A DNA stretch of 43,467 bases from a virus (IMGVR_UViG_3300014204_000107:1-43467), one strand, 5' to 3'. Shown: positions 30,057-37,519, numbered from the stretch's first letter. Notes: a model not told the origin generated them from the letters alone. Numbers and translations: made by a program.

Positions 30057-31274
30057 ATGCAAAAAGTTAGTATTATAAGCCCCACTATTAATAATCTACA
30101 ATATCTTAAATTATCGTATGATTCGATTAGAAAACATTGTGGGTTAGACCATGAATATTGTGTTGCAGACGATGGATCTACTGATGGTACTATTGAATGG
30201 TGCAAAGAAATAGCAGAACATGATAATAATTTCAAATTTATTACCAATGATACTGGAAAAAAACTTGGTCATGTTATTTTATATGATAAACTTATACATG
30301 AGGTAGCAGCAAATGATATAATATTTATTTGGCATGCGGATATGATTGCTGGACCAAATTTGATTGGCAAATTATTATTGCATGTTAAAGATAAAACAGT
30401 AGTATGTGCAAATAGAATAGAGCCACCATTGCATAGTGGATTTAAATTACATGATAAAACTCGCATTATTAAAGATTTTGGTATTTACCCATCAGAATTT
30501 GATAATGAATTATTTGAGAAATATTGTATATTTGAACAAAATTCTAATAATAATTGTATAAAACAAGCAATATTTGCACCTTGGTTAATGTATAAAAAAG
30601 ATTTTACATCAATTAACGGCCACGATCCTATATTTGCACCATATCCGCACGAGGATATTGATATATTTCGCAGATTTATATTAGCCGGATATAATTTAAT
30701 TCAAGCAGATGATGCATTATTATATCATTTCACGTGCAGAGGGCATAGGTGGACAGAAGAAGTGCAAAAAGATAATAGCACTTACGAATTTTTTCAGCAA
30801 CGTGCGTATCGTAATTATATTAGAAAATGGGGTTGCGGCCCTACTCATGACATTGAAACTACGTTGCCAAAAGAATTGCCAAAATATGATGTTGGGTTAG
30901 TATTACATAATGCACAAAAATGCCATATTATAGATATGGAACCACTATGTTCAACAATATATACAGATTGCAGTGATGCAGATGAATATATACGGGATGA
31001 GCAGCCAAAAACATTTTATGATATAAGTAAAAGAGTATTGCCGTTATCTGCAACTAAAACTAATGATGTAATTATTGAATTTGATATAAAATATTGCACA
31101 CAGCAAGATTTCGAATTTATATTTAACATACAAGAAATATTAAAAGAAAACAGCGATGCTGAAAATGCACAATTAAAATTTTCAATCTTTGACATATATA
31201 TTAAAAAGCTTATTGATAGAAAAAATGAGAATTTGATTAATGTGCGGTCATATAAAGATTGGAGATATAAATGA
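30057..31274 (+). CDS. GT2 glycosyltransferase, paralog of 24928..26163
   Basis: IISPTIN, ADDGSTDGT, HADM, RIEPPLH, GHD..FAP..EDID, YHFTCRG. Confidence 0.85.
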   Translation: MQKVSIISPTINNLQYLKLSYDSIRKHCGLDHEYCVADDGSTDGTIEWCKEIAEHDNNFKFITNDTGKKLGHVILYDKLIHEVAANDIIFIWHADMIAGPNLIGKLLLHVKDKTVVCANRIEPPLHSGFKLHDKTRIIKDFGIYPSEFDNELFEKYCIFEQNSNNNCIKQAIFAPWLMYKKDFTSINGHDPIFAPYPHEDIDIFRRFILAGYNLIQADDALLYHFTCRGHRWTEEVQKDNSTYEFFQQRAYRNYIRKWGCGPTHDIETTLPKELPKYDVGLVLHNAQKCHIIDMEPLCSTIYTDCSDADEYIRDEQPKTFYDISKRVLPLSATKTNDVIIEFDIKYCTQQDFEFIFNIQEILKENSDAENAQLKFSIFDIYIKKLIDRKNENLINVRSYKDWRYK

Positions 31275-31879
31275 CTAATTGGCAACTGAAACAATTAATA
31301 AAAGAAGAAGTACAAGCAATCTTGAAAGAAAGTCCGGATACTATAAATATTCCGCGAGATCATATGTCATTAGATTGGTTTGATGAGGATACTATAGCAT
31401 TTGGTTACTGGAAAGATAAATTATTTTTAGGATATTCTACGCATGGCGGAATGCCTAATTATCAACGTTCATTAATAGCTGCTTCAGCAGATTTAAATAT
31501 ACCATTAAATGACTTTATTGTGCGTGCTGAATTTGCTGAAAATAAATCATTAACTCGTTCTGGTAATAGTATTGGTAGATATGAATATAAATACCCAGGC
31601 AGACTATGGTTAAATAGCAATATTATATCATTTTGGAAATATCCTAACTCTTTGAGTGAACTCAATAAAGTAATTAGGGATATCAAAAAAGAATATAACA
31701 TATGCAAGAAAATAATACCACCAAAAGTTAATGTAGTATTTAATATTAAATATGTTGATATACCAAAAGACGTTGCAAATGCTGATTATGTTAAGGGTTG
31801 GGATAGTGAATTTTCATCACCAGTATCTCATAATATATTATCGTCAGAATATAGTAAATATATAAGTAAAATTAAATAA
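31271..31879 (+). CDS. Hypothetical protein with N-terminal LKQLIKEEV motif
   Basis: 202-aa ORF, ATGA-coupled. Confidence 0.6.
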   Translation: MTNWQLKQLIKEEVQAILKESPDTINIPRDHMSLDWFDEDTIAFGYWKDKLFLGYSTHGGMPNYQRSLIAASADLNIPLNDFIVRAEFAENKSLTRSGNSIGRYEYKYPGRLWLNSNIISFWKYPNSLSELNKVIRDIKKEYNICKKIIPPKVNVVFNIKYVDIPKDVANADYVKGWDSEFSSPVSHNILSSEYSKYISKIK

Positions 31880-31881
31880 TT

Positions 31882-32439
31882 ATGCAAAATTCAGAAAAAC
31901 CACATGGATGTTTAATGCTATATTTTAATACTAAATATTGGCAAAACCTATTAAACTGCATTAGTGACGAAGATTTATATGTGGGTGAAGGTGAAACTGA
32001 CCAAGATTTTGGCAAGGAACGCGAGATGCATTCGACCATACTCTACGGGTTCAATCATTATAATATACCAATAAAAAATCTTAGAAAATATGCATTACCA
32101 TTAAATACTATAAAAGTAATAATAAAAGATATAAGCATATTTAGCAATTCAGAATTTGATGTATTAAAATTTGGAGTAGAATCCCAGCAATTATCACAAA
32201 TGAATAAAACATACAGAGATAATTTTAGCTATGATTCAGATTTTCCAGGTTATGAACCCCATGTAACAATTGCTTATTTATTGCCGGGTTTAGGTAAAAA
32301 ATATATAAACTTATTAGGTACTAAGCTAAATTGTAATGTAAAAAATAATATAGCATATTTCAGTAAGCCGTATACAATCAATCCAGACAAATATATATAT
32401 TCATTTGATTATGCTAAAGTGGAATCGTTTAGAAAATAA
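31882..32439 (+). CDS. 2H phosphoesterase (T4 gp57B/Acb1-like)
   Basis: Two H-x-T motifs, MHSTILYG and YEPHVTIAY, resembling gp57B HSTICYS and YTPHITLSY. Confidence 0.72.
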   Translation: MQNSEKPHGCLMLYFNTKYWQNLLNCISDEDLYVGEGETDQDFGKEREMHSTILYGFNHYNIPIKNLRKYALPLNTIKVIIKDISIFSNSEFDVLKFGVESQQLSQMNKTYRDNFSYDSDFPGYEPHVTIAYLLPGLGKKYINLLGTKLNCNVKNNIAYFSKPYTINPDKYIYSFDYAKVESFRK

Positions 32440-32619
32440 TGCATAGATTGCACGATAGCAAACAAATTCGATTTTTTTAAAACACACACATATATATTAG
32501 AAACCAACTTTTGGTTAGTGTCAGTATCCTGTCGTAAAAGGCAGTTGAGTAGTATAAAAGCTGCAATGATATTGGCACAACAATAATTAATGTTAAACAG
32601 CTTTAAAAAGGAGGCAAAA

Positions 32620-33456
32620 ATGAGAACTCTAAAATTCTCCGAACGCGAACCATCTGCGTTCATCACAACAAATGGAAACCAATTCCGTATTTATGATGGT
32701 GAAAAAATCTTCTTAACCGACGGTCAGAACTTCGAAATCCGCTTATTTAATCCATTAATGAAGAAAATAGGTGCGGAAATTATTTTGAATGGTAAAGGAA
32801 ACGGCCGCATCCTGGTATTACAGCCGGGGCAAGACATTATACTTGACAGATTCTTAGATGAAAAGCGTAAAATGGTATTTGAAACATATACTATTAATGC
32901 TGACAATCAAATTGCTATGAAAGCCATTGAAGAAAATGGCAGCATTGTAATTAATTTCTATAATGAAAAGTATATGGCACCCGCATATACAACTTATAGC
33001 ACTAATTATAGGTCAGCTGGTCCAAGTTATATGGGTAGAAGTATCGATAATATAAAATTATCAAAGTCCATATCTGGAAACTCTGGCCGTAGCAGCGGAA
33101 TGTCAGCATTGCCAGATTTATGTGATTATGCACCAGAATCAATTTACGGTAATATGTCGAACACATTTAGTGGTGATGACTTTGAAACTGGTGCACAAAT
33201 GAGCATGCTATGTGAATCAACCAATGAAATTGAAACCGGCCGCGTAGAGAAAGGTGAAATATCTAATCAAAATGTAACCCAAGTTGATGTACAATTTGAA
33301 CAATATCCATTCCATACTATTAAATATAAATTATTACCAGCCGGGCAGTACAGAGAGATTGTTAGCTACCAAGTTAAACAATATTGCCCTAATTGTGGAT
33401 TGCGTATTCCCAAGCAAAATTGGAAATATTGCCCTAAATGTGGTGAACAGTTATAA
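32620..33456 (+). CDS. Hypothetical protein with C-terminal double zinc ribbon
   Basis: Start moved to ATG 32620 (AAGGAGG SD upstream); CPNCG-x9-CPKCG at C-terminus. Confidence 0.7.
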   Translation: MRTLKFSEREPSAFITTNGNQFRIYDGEKIFLTDGQNFEIRLFNPLMKKIGAEIILNGKGNGRILVLQPGQDIILDRFLDEKRKMVFETYTINADNQIAMKAIEENGSIVINFYNEKYMAPAYTTYSTNYRSAGPSYMGRSIDNIKLSKSISGNSGRSSGMSALPDLCDYAPESIYGNMSNTFSGDDFETGAQMSMLCESTNEIETGRVEKGEISNQNVTQVDVQFEQYPFHTIKYKLLPAGQYREIVSYQVKQYCPNCGLRIPKQNWKYCPKCGEQL

Positions 33457-33474
33457 TTAATAGGAGGTAGAGAT

Positions 33475-34119
33475 ATGAAAAAATACAATAAGATATTAGC
33501 TATTTTAGATAGGTCTGGTTCAATGAGCTCGATTATAAAAGACTCTATAGGTGGAATTAACTCCTACATCATCCAACAACGAAAGTCGACTACCGACGTT
33601 AAAATGTCTGTTCTCCTCTTTGACACACACCACGAGCTTCATTACGAGAACTTAGATGTTCAACTATTACCTTGCTTTACAGAGCATACATATGTACCAC
33701 GTGGTGGTACAGCTCTTTACGATGCAATAGGGCTCATGATAGAAGAAGAGTTGGATTGGTTAGGGCAAACGCCAAAAGAAGAACGACCAGAAAAGACTCT
33801 TGTCGTTATACTTACTGATGGTGAAGAAAACTCAAGCCAACATTATAGTAGTGCAAAAATAAAAGAAATGATAACTGAAATGCAAGAAGCATATGGATGG
33901 GCCTTCGTGTTTCTTGCCGCTGATCAAGATGCGTTTGCCGCGGCTACTAATATGGGTATATATGCATCTAATACACTTAATTGGTCATCTAATAGCAAGA
34001 CAGAAGGCGTAACATTTGCTTATAACAATATGGCAGCTGCAACAACTAATTATTTTACAAGTACTGATAACCAAAATTTAATAAATAATGCTAAAAGTGC
34101 TGTAAAGCAAGAAGCATAA
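33475..34119 (+). CDS. von Willebrand factor A (VWA) domain protein
   Basis: MIDAS ILDRSGSM, GGTALYDAIG, ILTDGEEN; TAGGAGG SD. Confidence 0.88.
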   Translation: MKKYNKILAILDRSGSMSSIIKDSIGGINSYIIQQRKSTTDVKMSVLLFDTHHELHYENLDVQLLPCFTEHTYVPRGGTALYDAIGLMIEEELDWLGQTPKEERPEKTLVVILTDGEENSSQHYSSAKIKEMITEMQEAYGWAFVFLAADQDAFAAATNMGIYASNTLNWSSNSKTEGVTFAYNNMAAATTNYFTSTDNQNLINNAKSAVKQEA

Positions 34120-34126
34120 AATTAAA

Positions 34127-34158
34127 TTTGGATATTAAATAATTTTTATTTATATTTA
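34127..34158 (+). promoter_or_regulatory. Bacteroidota-type primary sigma promoter P1
   Basis: TTTG (34127-30) - 20 nt - TATATTTA (34151-58); consensus TTTG-N19-21-TAnnTTTG. Confidence 0.65.
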
Positions 34159-34170
34159 CATTACATTTAA

Positions 34171-34267
34171 AATATGCAGCATTGATCCGTAACCACACGG
34201 AAGGCGTCCATTGCAAAATGCTTCGGCGCAATGTCCAAGACCGAATTGCAATGCTGTATATTTTTTT
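34171..34267 (+). ncRNA. Candidate ~95-nt structured RNA (three-way junction) with U-tract
   Basis: 14-bp closing stem 34171-84/34249-62 (one G.U); hairpin TCCGT/ACGGA; CATTGC/GCAATG stem capped by cUUCGg; T7 tail; directly downstream of P1. Confidence 0.6.
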
Positions 34268-34278
34268 AATTTTATATT

Positions 34279-34662
34279 ATGCAATCAAAAAGCAAAGAAA
34301 AAATAGAGAAATACGATACCATATATCTTAAACACTTTGATGGTACTAATGTATCTATACCATATAGGGACTTTCCAAAAAATATGCGGCCGGATGATAC
34401 TATATGCATTGGTTCTGAAGGAGATTTTTACAGCGAGGACAATAGCTACGGTGCATATACAGAATTATCAATTACCCGCACTATATTGGAAACAGATGAA
34501 GAATATAATGAAAGAATGAGTAAGTTAGAACAAGATGAAATATGGGCAAAAGAACGCAGACGCGAATCATATTTAAAACTTAAAGAAGAATTTGAAGGAG
34601 ATCACCCGCATAATACAGTAATTATACATGATCATATGTTCAATTCTACCAGTAAAGCATAA
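34279..34662 (+). CDS. Hypothetical protein
   Basis: 127-aa ORF. Confidence 0.55.
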   Translation: MQSKSKEKIEKYDTIYLKHFDGTNVSIPYRDFPKNMRPDDTICIGSEGDFYSEDNSYGAYTELSITRTILETDEEYNERMSKLEQDEIWAKERRRESYLKLKEEFEGDHPHNTVIIHDHMFNSTSKA

Positions 34663-34682
34663 CAAACAAATAATAACAGAAG

Positions 34683-34943
34683 ATGACATTAACTGAGCGA
34701 GCAAGGCTAGTAAGAAGTCCGATATTGGAAAAAATAAGAAAAGAAACACCACTTGAAACCAGGCTTAGTGTGCTAAATAAAATGATGTTTATAGATTTAT
34801 TATCAACTTTAGGCTTTAGAAAAGATAAATATTGGACACCAGAGGAAGATCCTTTGCTATCAAAGCTTTGTGAACATGCACAAAAATTAACAAATATGCA
34901 ATTAGAAGATATTAAAGAATGGGAAGAAGATGGACGACCTTAA
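34683..34943 (+). CDS. Hypothetical protein
   Basis: 86-aa ORF. Confidence 0.55.
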   Translation: MTLTERARLVRSPILEKIRKETPLETRLSVLNKMMFIDLLSTLGFRKDKYWTPEEDPLLSKLCEHAQKLTNMQLEDIKEWEEDGRP

Positions 34944-35157
34944 TATTAAAGCAGATAAAAGAACATCAGAAGAATGGGCAGCAATAATATTGCCAAGCCA
35001 AAACATGCATATATTGGACCCAGATGGTTGGGATAGAAAGAATTGGCATTATAGTTGGTATGAAGAACTAATAACTGCAATTGAATTCACCAGCCGCCTA
35101 TTAAGGTCAACGTGCCAGCATCATCCTGAACTAGATAATGCTTTAAAAGCAACTTAA
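34930..35157 (+). CDS. Hypothetical protein
   Basis: 75-aa ORF; ILDPDGWDR motif; overlaps previous gene. Confidence 0.55.
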   Translation: MDDLNIKADKRTSEEWAAIILPSQNMHILDPDGWDRKNWHYSWYEELITAIEFTSRLLRSTCQHHPELDNALKAT

Positions 35158-35176
35158 TAAAAAAGATAAAAAAATA

Positions 35177-35208
35177 TTTGGATTTCTCGTATTTTTTTAT
35201 TACTTTTA
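35177..35208 (+). promoter_or_regulatory. Bacteroidota-type promoter P2 upstream of tRNA array
   Basis: TTTG (35177-80) - 20 nt - TACTTTTA (35201-08), followed by CAT as in P1. Confidence 0.65.
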
Positions 35209-35257
35209 CATAGTTATTTAAACAAACGAATTAAAAAGATTATAACATTCAAAACAA

Positions 35258-35308
35258 ATGGCAAACATAGCAATTATACGATTTATGGAGGTTGAGTTTA
35301 AGACTTAA
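35258..35308 (+). CDS. Putative 16-aa leader peptide MANIAIIRFMEVEFKT
   Basis: Only ORF between P2 and the terminator; A-rich initiation context. Confidence 0.3.
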   Translation: MANIAIIRFMEVEFKT

Positions 35309-35353
35309 AGCTAGCCATCTAGCTATTGATATAGATTTTGAAAATATCTGAAG

Positions 35354-35384
35354 TCCTGGTGGTTTACTAACTACCGGGATTTTT
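35354..35384 (+). terminator. Intrinsic terminator (or boxB-like hairpin) before first tRNA
   Basis: TCCTGGTGG/CTACCGGGA stem (2 G.U) + TTTTT. Confidence 0.6.
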
Positions 35385-35390
35385 CATTTG

Positions 35391-35400
35391 TGTTCTTTAA
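35391..35400 (+). promoter_or_regulatory. boxA-like antitermination motif (first of five: also 35535, 37976, 38139, 38624)
   Basis: TGTTCTTTAA versus rrn boxA TGCTCTTTAACA. Confidence 0.5.
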
Positions 35401-35406
35401 TAATAT

Positions 35407-35479
35407 GGGATTTAAGCTAATCTGGTGAAAGCGTGGCGCTGAAGACGCCGAGAGTCCGGTTCGAAACCGGGAGATCCCG
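35407..35479 (+). tRNA. tRNA-Phe(GAA)
   Basis: Acceptor GGGATTT/AGATCCC, anticodon loop CTGAAGA, T-loop TTCGAAA; no encoded CCA. Confidence 0.88.
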
Positions 35480-35613
35480 CAAACAATACGCTGCTGAGGA
35501 CGATATAGGTCGAGTCACATGCGGATATAACTTTAGTTCTTTGATATATTTATTAAATTATCAGATTAATGTGATTTTTTGGGTTCGATTACTATATATT
35601 ATAAAAGGATTAT

Positions 35614-36489
35614 ATGGCAATATGTAAAAAATGTGGTAAAGAATTTGAACCAACAAAAGGTTTTGTAACAACTTGTTCAACCAAATGTAGAAATACACAA
35701 GTTTGGTAGGAAGAAGATAAAAAGAAAAAAAGCATTTCAGCCAAATCATCAGTCAAGCATAAAAATACATTGAGTGCATTACATGATCGTATGAGGGAAA
35801 AAAGAAAAATTCGAATAAATTTACTACCTGCTGAGCAACGTAATTTTGAATTAGTTTATGGTGAAAAGGGAAAAATTGCAAATTGTTCTACTTGTAATAT
35901 TGAATTTGTTGTGTTGCATCGTGGTAATAAATATTGTAGCAAAAAATGTTCAGATATTGGCAAGAGTAAAAACATTTCTTTGAAATTAAAGGGCCATGGC
36001 GGAGTTCGAGAAGGAAGTGGATGGGGAAAAAGTGGATGGTATAAAGGATTTAGATGTGACAGTACATGGGAATTAGCATGGATCATATATAATTTAGATC
36101 ACAATATTAAATTTACGCGCAACAATGAAAAATTTGAATATGTATTTAATGATGAAATTAAACATTATGTGCCAGATTTTATAATGGAAGATGGTGTATA
36201 TATTGAAATTAAAGGATATCTTACTGCGTCAGTGATGGAAAAATCAAAACAATTTCCGCATAAATTAATAATGCTGCAGAAAAAAGATATGCAAGTATAT
36301 TTAAACTATGTAAAAGAAAAATATGGTGCTAATTTTATTGAAATGTATGAAAATAATCCGCACAAAATAAAGAAAAATAAATGTAAAATATGTGGCAAAC
36401 CAGCAAAAAAATTATTGTGTTCAAGACAATGTGCAATAATTAATGCAACACGAAATCATAATATGCTGCGTTCGCCTAAATTGGAATAG
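35614..36489 (+). pseudogene. PD-(D/E)XK free-standing (homing-type) endonuclease with Zn-finger repeats, interrupted by in-frame TAG at 35707-35709
   Basis: ATG 35614 MAICKKCGKEF...CSTKC is in frame with ORF 35770; CDSTWELAW, YVPDF...IEIKGY nuclease motifs. Confidence 0.75.
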
Positions 36490-36540
36490 GGCACCACGCT
36501 TTCACCGTGGTTAATACCAGTTCGAGCCTGGTACGCAGTA
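36465..36540 (+). tRNA. tRNA-Glu(TTC)
   Basis: GCTGCGT/ACGCAGT, CCACG-CTTTCAC-CGTGG, T-arm ACCAG-TTCGAGC-CTGGT; overlaps last 25 nt of endonuclease ORF. Confidence 0.85.
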
Positions 36541-36557
36541 CTAAAATAAATAAATAT

Positions 36558-36630
36558 TGCGAGTTAGCATAAATGGCTAGTGCACGGGACTCATAACCCC
36601 GGGGAATGGGCTCGATACCCGTACTCGCAA
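36558..36630 (+). tRNA. tRNA(CAT), Met/fMet-like, C at position 54
   Basis: TGCGAGT/ACTCGCA, loop CTCATAA, T-loop CTCGATA. Confidence 0.75.
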
Positions 36631-36641
36631 CAATAATAAAT

Positions 36642-36713
36642 GCGGTATAAGCTAAAATAGTCTAGCGCCGGCGTAAAGCCCCAGAGTAAGAAGTTCGACT
36701 CTTCTATACCGCG
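36642..36713 (+). tRNA. Atypical tRNA-like RNA, nominal anticodon AAA, defective anticodon stem
   Basis: Perfect acceptor GCGGTAT/ATACCGC, D-stem GCTA/TAGC and T-arm AGAAG-TTCGACT-CTTCT; CCGGC/CCCAG has 2 mismatches; no G18G19. Confidence 0.55.
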
Positions 36714-36809
36714 CAACTGGTGGCCATATAAATAAACTCCTGCTAGAGTTAATGCATATGGGGCCCATTTCAATAGAATAAAGTGTAGCAGAACGATATT
36801 TTATTAGCC

Positions 36810-36881
36810 ACTTGTTTGGTGTAATTGGATAGCACGCCGGCGTGGAAGTCGGAGACATAGGTTCGAACCCTATAATAAGTC
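36810..36881 (+). tRNA. Atypical tRNA with 6-nt anticodon loop (GTGGAA; His/Pro-like)
   Basis: ACTTGTT/AATAAGT, CCGGC/GTCGG, T-arm ATAGG-TTCGAAC-CCTAT, C73. Confidence 0.55.
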
Positions 36882-36887
36882 CAATAT

Positions 36888-37008
36888 GTTGGTGTGACGC
36901 AATTGGCAGACGTCCCGGGACACCGGAGTCGCAGGTTCGAATCCTGCTAAGTAAGGAGGCATCCTGAAAATTACGGATGGAATGCTGGTTCGATTCCAGC
37001 CACCAACA
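36888..37008 (+). ncRNA. 121-nt tRNA-like RNA with two T-arms
   Basis: Perfect acceptor GTTGGTG/CACCAAC + A73; Leu-type D-arm; T-arm 1 at 36931-47; T-arm 2 at 36984-37000; CATCC/GGATG arm between them. Confidence 0.65.
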
Positions 37009-37052
37009 CAACGATGCTAGAAACGCATGTTTAATATTAAAACTAAATTAGA

Positions 37053-37084
37053 TTTGGATATTAGAGAAAATTTCCACATATTTG
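37053..37084 (+). promoter_or_regulatory. Bacteroidota-type promoter P3 inside RNA array
   Basis: TTTG (37053-56) - 20 nt - CATATTTG (37077-84); TTTGGATATTA is identical to P1. Confidence 0.55.
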
Positions 37085-37268
37085 TACTTGAAATCAACAT
37101 AAAACATTAGAAAGGAAAGTCATTATAAATATTATTTTAAACAACGCAACCAGTCTTGCTAATTGAGAGTTAAAGGTGTAAATCCTGTGCGGACAAAATG
37201 TACCGTGTGCGTAAATCGATAATATTTAGACACAATAGTATAACTTAAATAATACATATAAAATATAT

Positions 37269-37351
37269 TGCGGGTTCGCAAGAAATGGTGGACTGGTAAG
37301 GCTCATAACCTTACGCCGAAGGCGCCGGGGGTTCAATTCCCTCACCCGCTA
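37269..37351 (+). tRNA. tRNA(CAT) with fMet-like acceptor and long variable arm
   Basis: TGCGGGT/ACCCGCT (1:72 mismatch), TAAGG-CTCATAA-CCTTA, variable hairpin CGCC-GAA-GGCG, T-arm GGGGG-TTCAATT-CCCTC. Confidence 0.75.
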
Positions 37352-37356
37352 CAAAT

Positions 37357-37504
37357 AGAAAGTAGTCACTCTGCATACGGTAGGATGGCGACTAACTGAT
37401 AATTGGATACCACGACCGTCTGGTTCTCTTAACTGACAGGTTGGTACACCAAGATGATTGGGAGTGACGGAATTTAGCTAATTCCGTGTAGACTGCTTTC
37501 TTTT
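37357..37504 (+). ncRNA. Candidate ~145-nt structured RNA with U-tract
   Basis: 11-bp closing stem AGAAAGTAGTC/GACTGCTTTCT; perfect 8-bp hairpin 37467-87; ACGGT/ACCGT stem. Confidence 0.55.
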
Positions 37505-37519
37505 AATAAAATATGAAAT

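Noticed and set aside
7012-31274. Bacterial O-antigen/capsule locus on a chromosome
   Set aside because: No membrane export, polymerase or chain-length genes; flanked by ThyX, Hsp20, gp57B-like gene and a phage-style tRNA array. Not fully excluded because no virion gene is in the window
35487-35527. Hammerhead-ribozyme-like string CTGCTGAG-GAC/GTC-GAGTC
   Set aside because: Departs from the core at several positions (CUGC, GAGU instead of GAAA) and lacks the NUH cleavage triplet; at most a decayed remnant
36714-36770. Hairpin CCATAT/ATATGG with inner AACTC/GAGTT
   Set aside because: Short, AT-rich and interrupted; not distinguishable from chance without homologs
37140-37215. Possible tRNA (TTGCTAA loop and AGG-TGTAAAT-CCT T-like arm)
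   Set aside because: No consistent acceptor or anticodon stem could be built; probably a remnant
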